From assembly GCA_007376135.1 (NCBI GenBank), contig VMFR01000003.1, forward strand, positions 75,660 through 139,659: 64,000 nt of DNA, in the 5' to 3' direction. Source of the DNA: Parcubacteria group bacterium Gr01-1014_31 (lineage in GTDB: Bacteria; Patescibacteriota; Patescibacteriia; Buchananbacterales; GWA2-38-13). This document shows, piece by piece, positions 63,941 to 64,000 of this stretch (the first letter of the stretch is position 1; every line of letters starts with the position of its first letter). The notes under the pieces were generated by a model. The model was not told where the DNA came from, did no database searches, and saw only the letters and a list, made by a program, of their open reading frames with translations. The position numbers and the translations under genes are program-made.

Positions 63941-64000
63941 AGTAGAGGAATTCCATCGGCGTTCGGCTTTCCCTTCTGTTAGGCTGTAGACACTGATGGC

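Noticed and set aside
1-64000. CRISPR arrays, rRNA genes, transposase or integrase genes
   Set aside because: No regularly spaced direct-repeat array, no rRNA-like conserved stretches and no recognisable transposase or integrase ORF was seen anywhere in the window.

Overview
This is a 64-kb, high-GC (about 63%) bacterial chromosomal segment with dense, mostly co-directional coding. Recognisable housekeeping genes are:
- pnp, lspA, comM, murA, rmuC and groES-groEL (preceded by a CIRCE operator)
- ppsA, lgt, dinB, lexA, a zur-znuCB-like operon, rpiB-rpe and purD
- mmuM downstream of a SAM-I riboswitch

Accessory content:
- a copper-handling cluster: an HMA-permease-tandem-cupredoxin fusion, a CopZ-like chaperone and CopA
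- several low-GC islets carrying orphan genes; two are flanked by direct repeats, and one carries an AlbA_2/HATPase_c_4-type gene next to a tRNA-like 3' fragment
- a DUF559 endonuclease-like gene bracketed by GC-rich hairpin repeats
- a frameshifted four-helix-bundle gene
- several promoter-to-terminator units encoding only mini-ORFs or structured RNA

The best candidate for an undescribed system is a 4.9-kb four-gene operon at 28.6-33.8 kb with its own promoter and terminator. It encodes a multi-zinc-ribbon protein, two polytopic membrane proteins and a bitopic coiled-coil/PKD protein, none with a recognisable enzymatic domain. It lies directly downstream of a T4SS-pilin-like gene.

The organism may be a streamlined Patescibacteria/CPR-like bacterium, given the four-helix-bundle gene, the T4SS-pilin-like gene, the GT39 gene and the many small secreted hypotheticals. 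This is uncertain, and the GC content is high for that group.

All coordinates come from reading the sequence by hand; non-ORF features may be off by 1-2 nt. No similarity searches were run.
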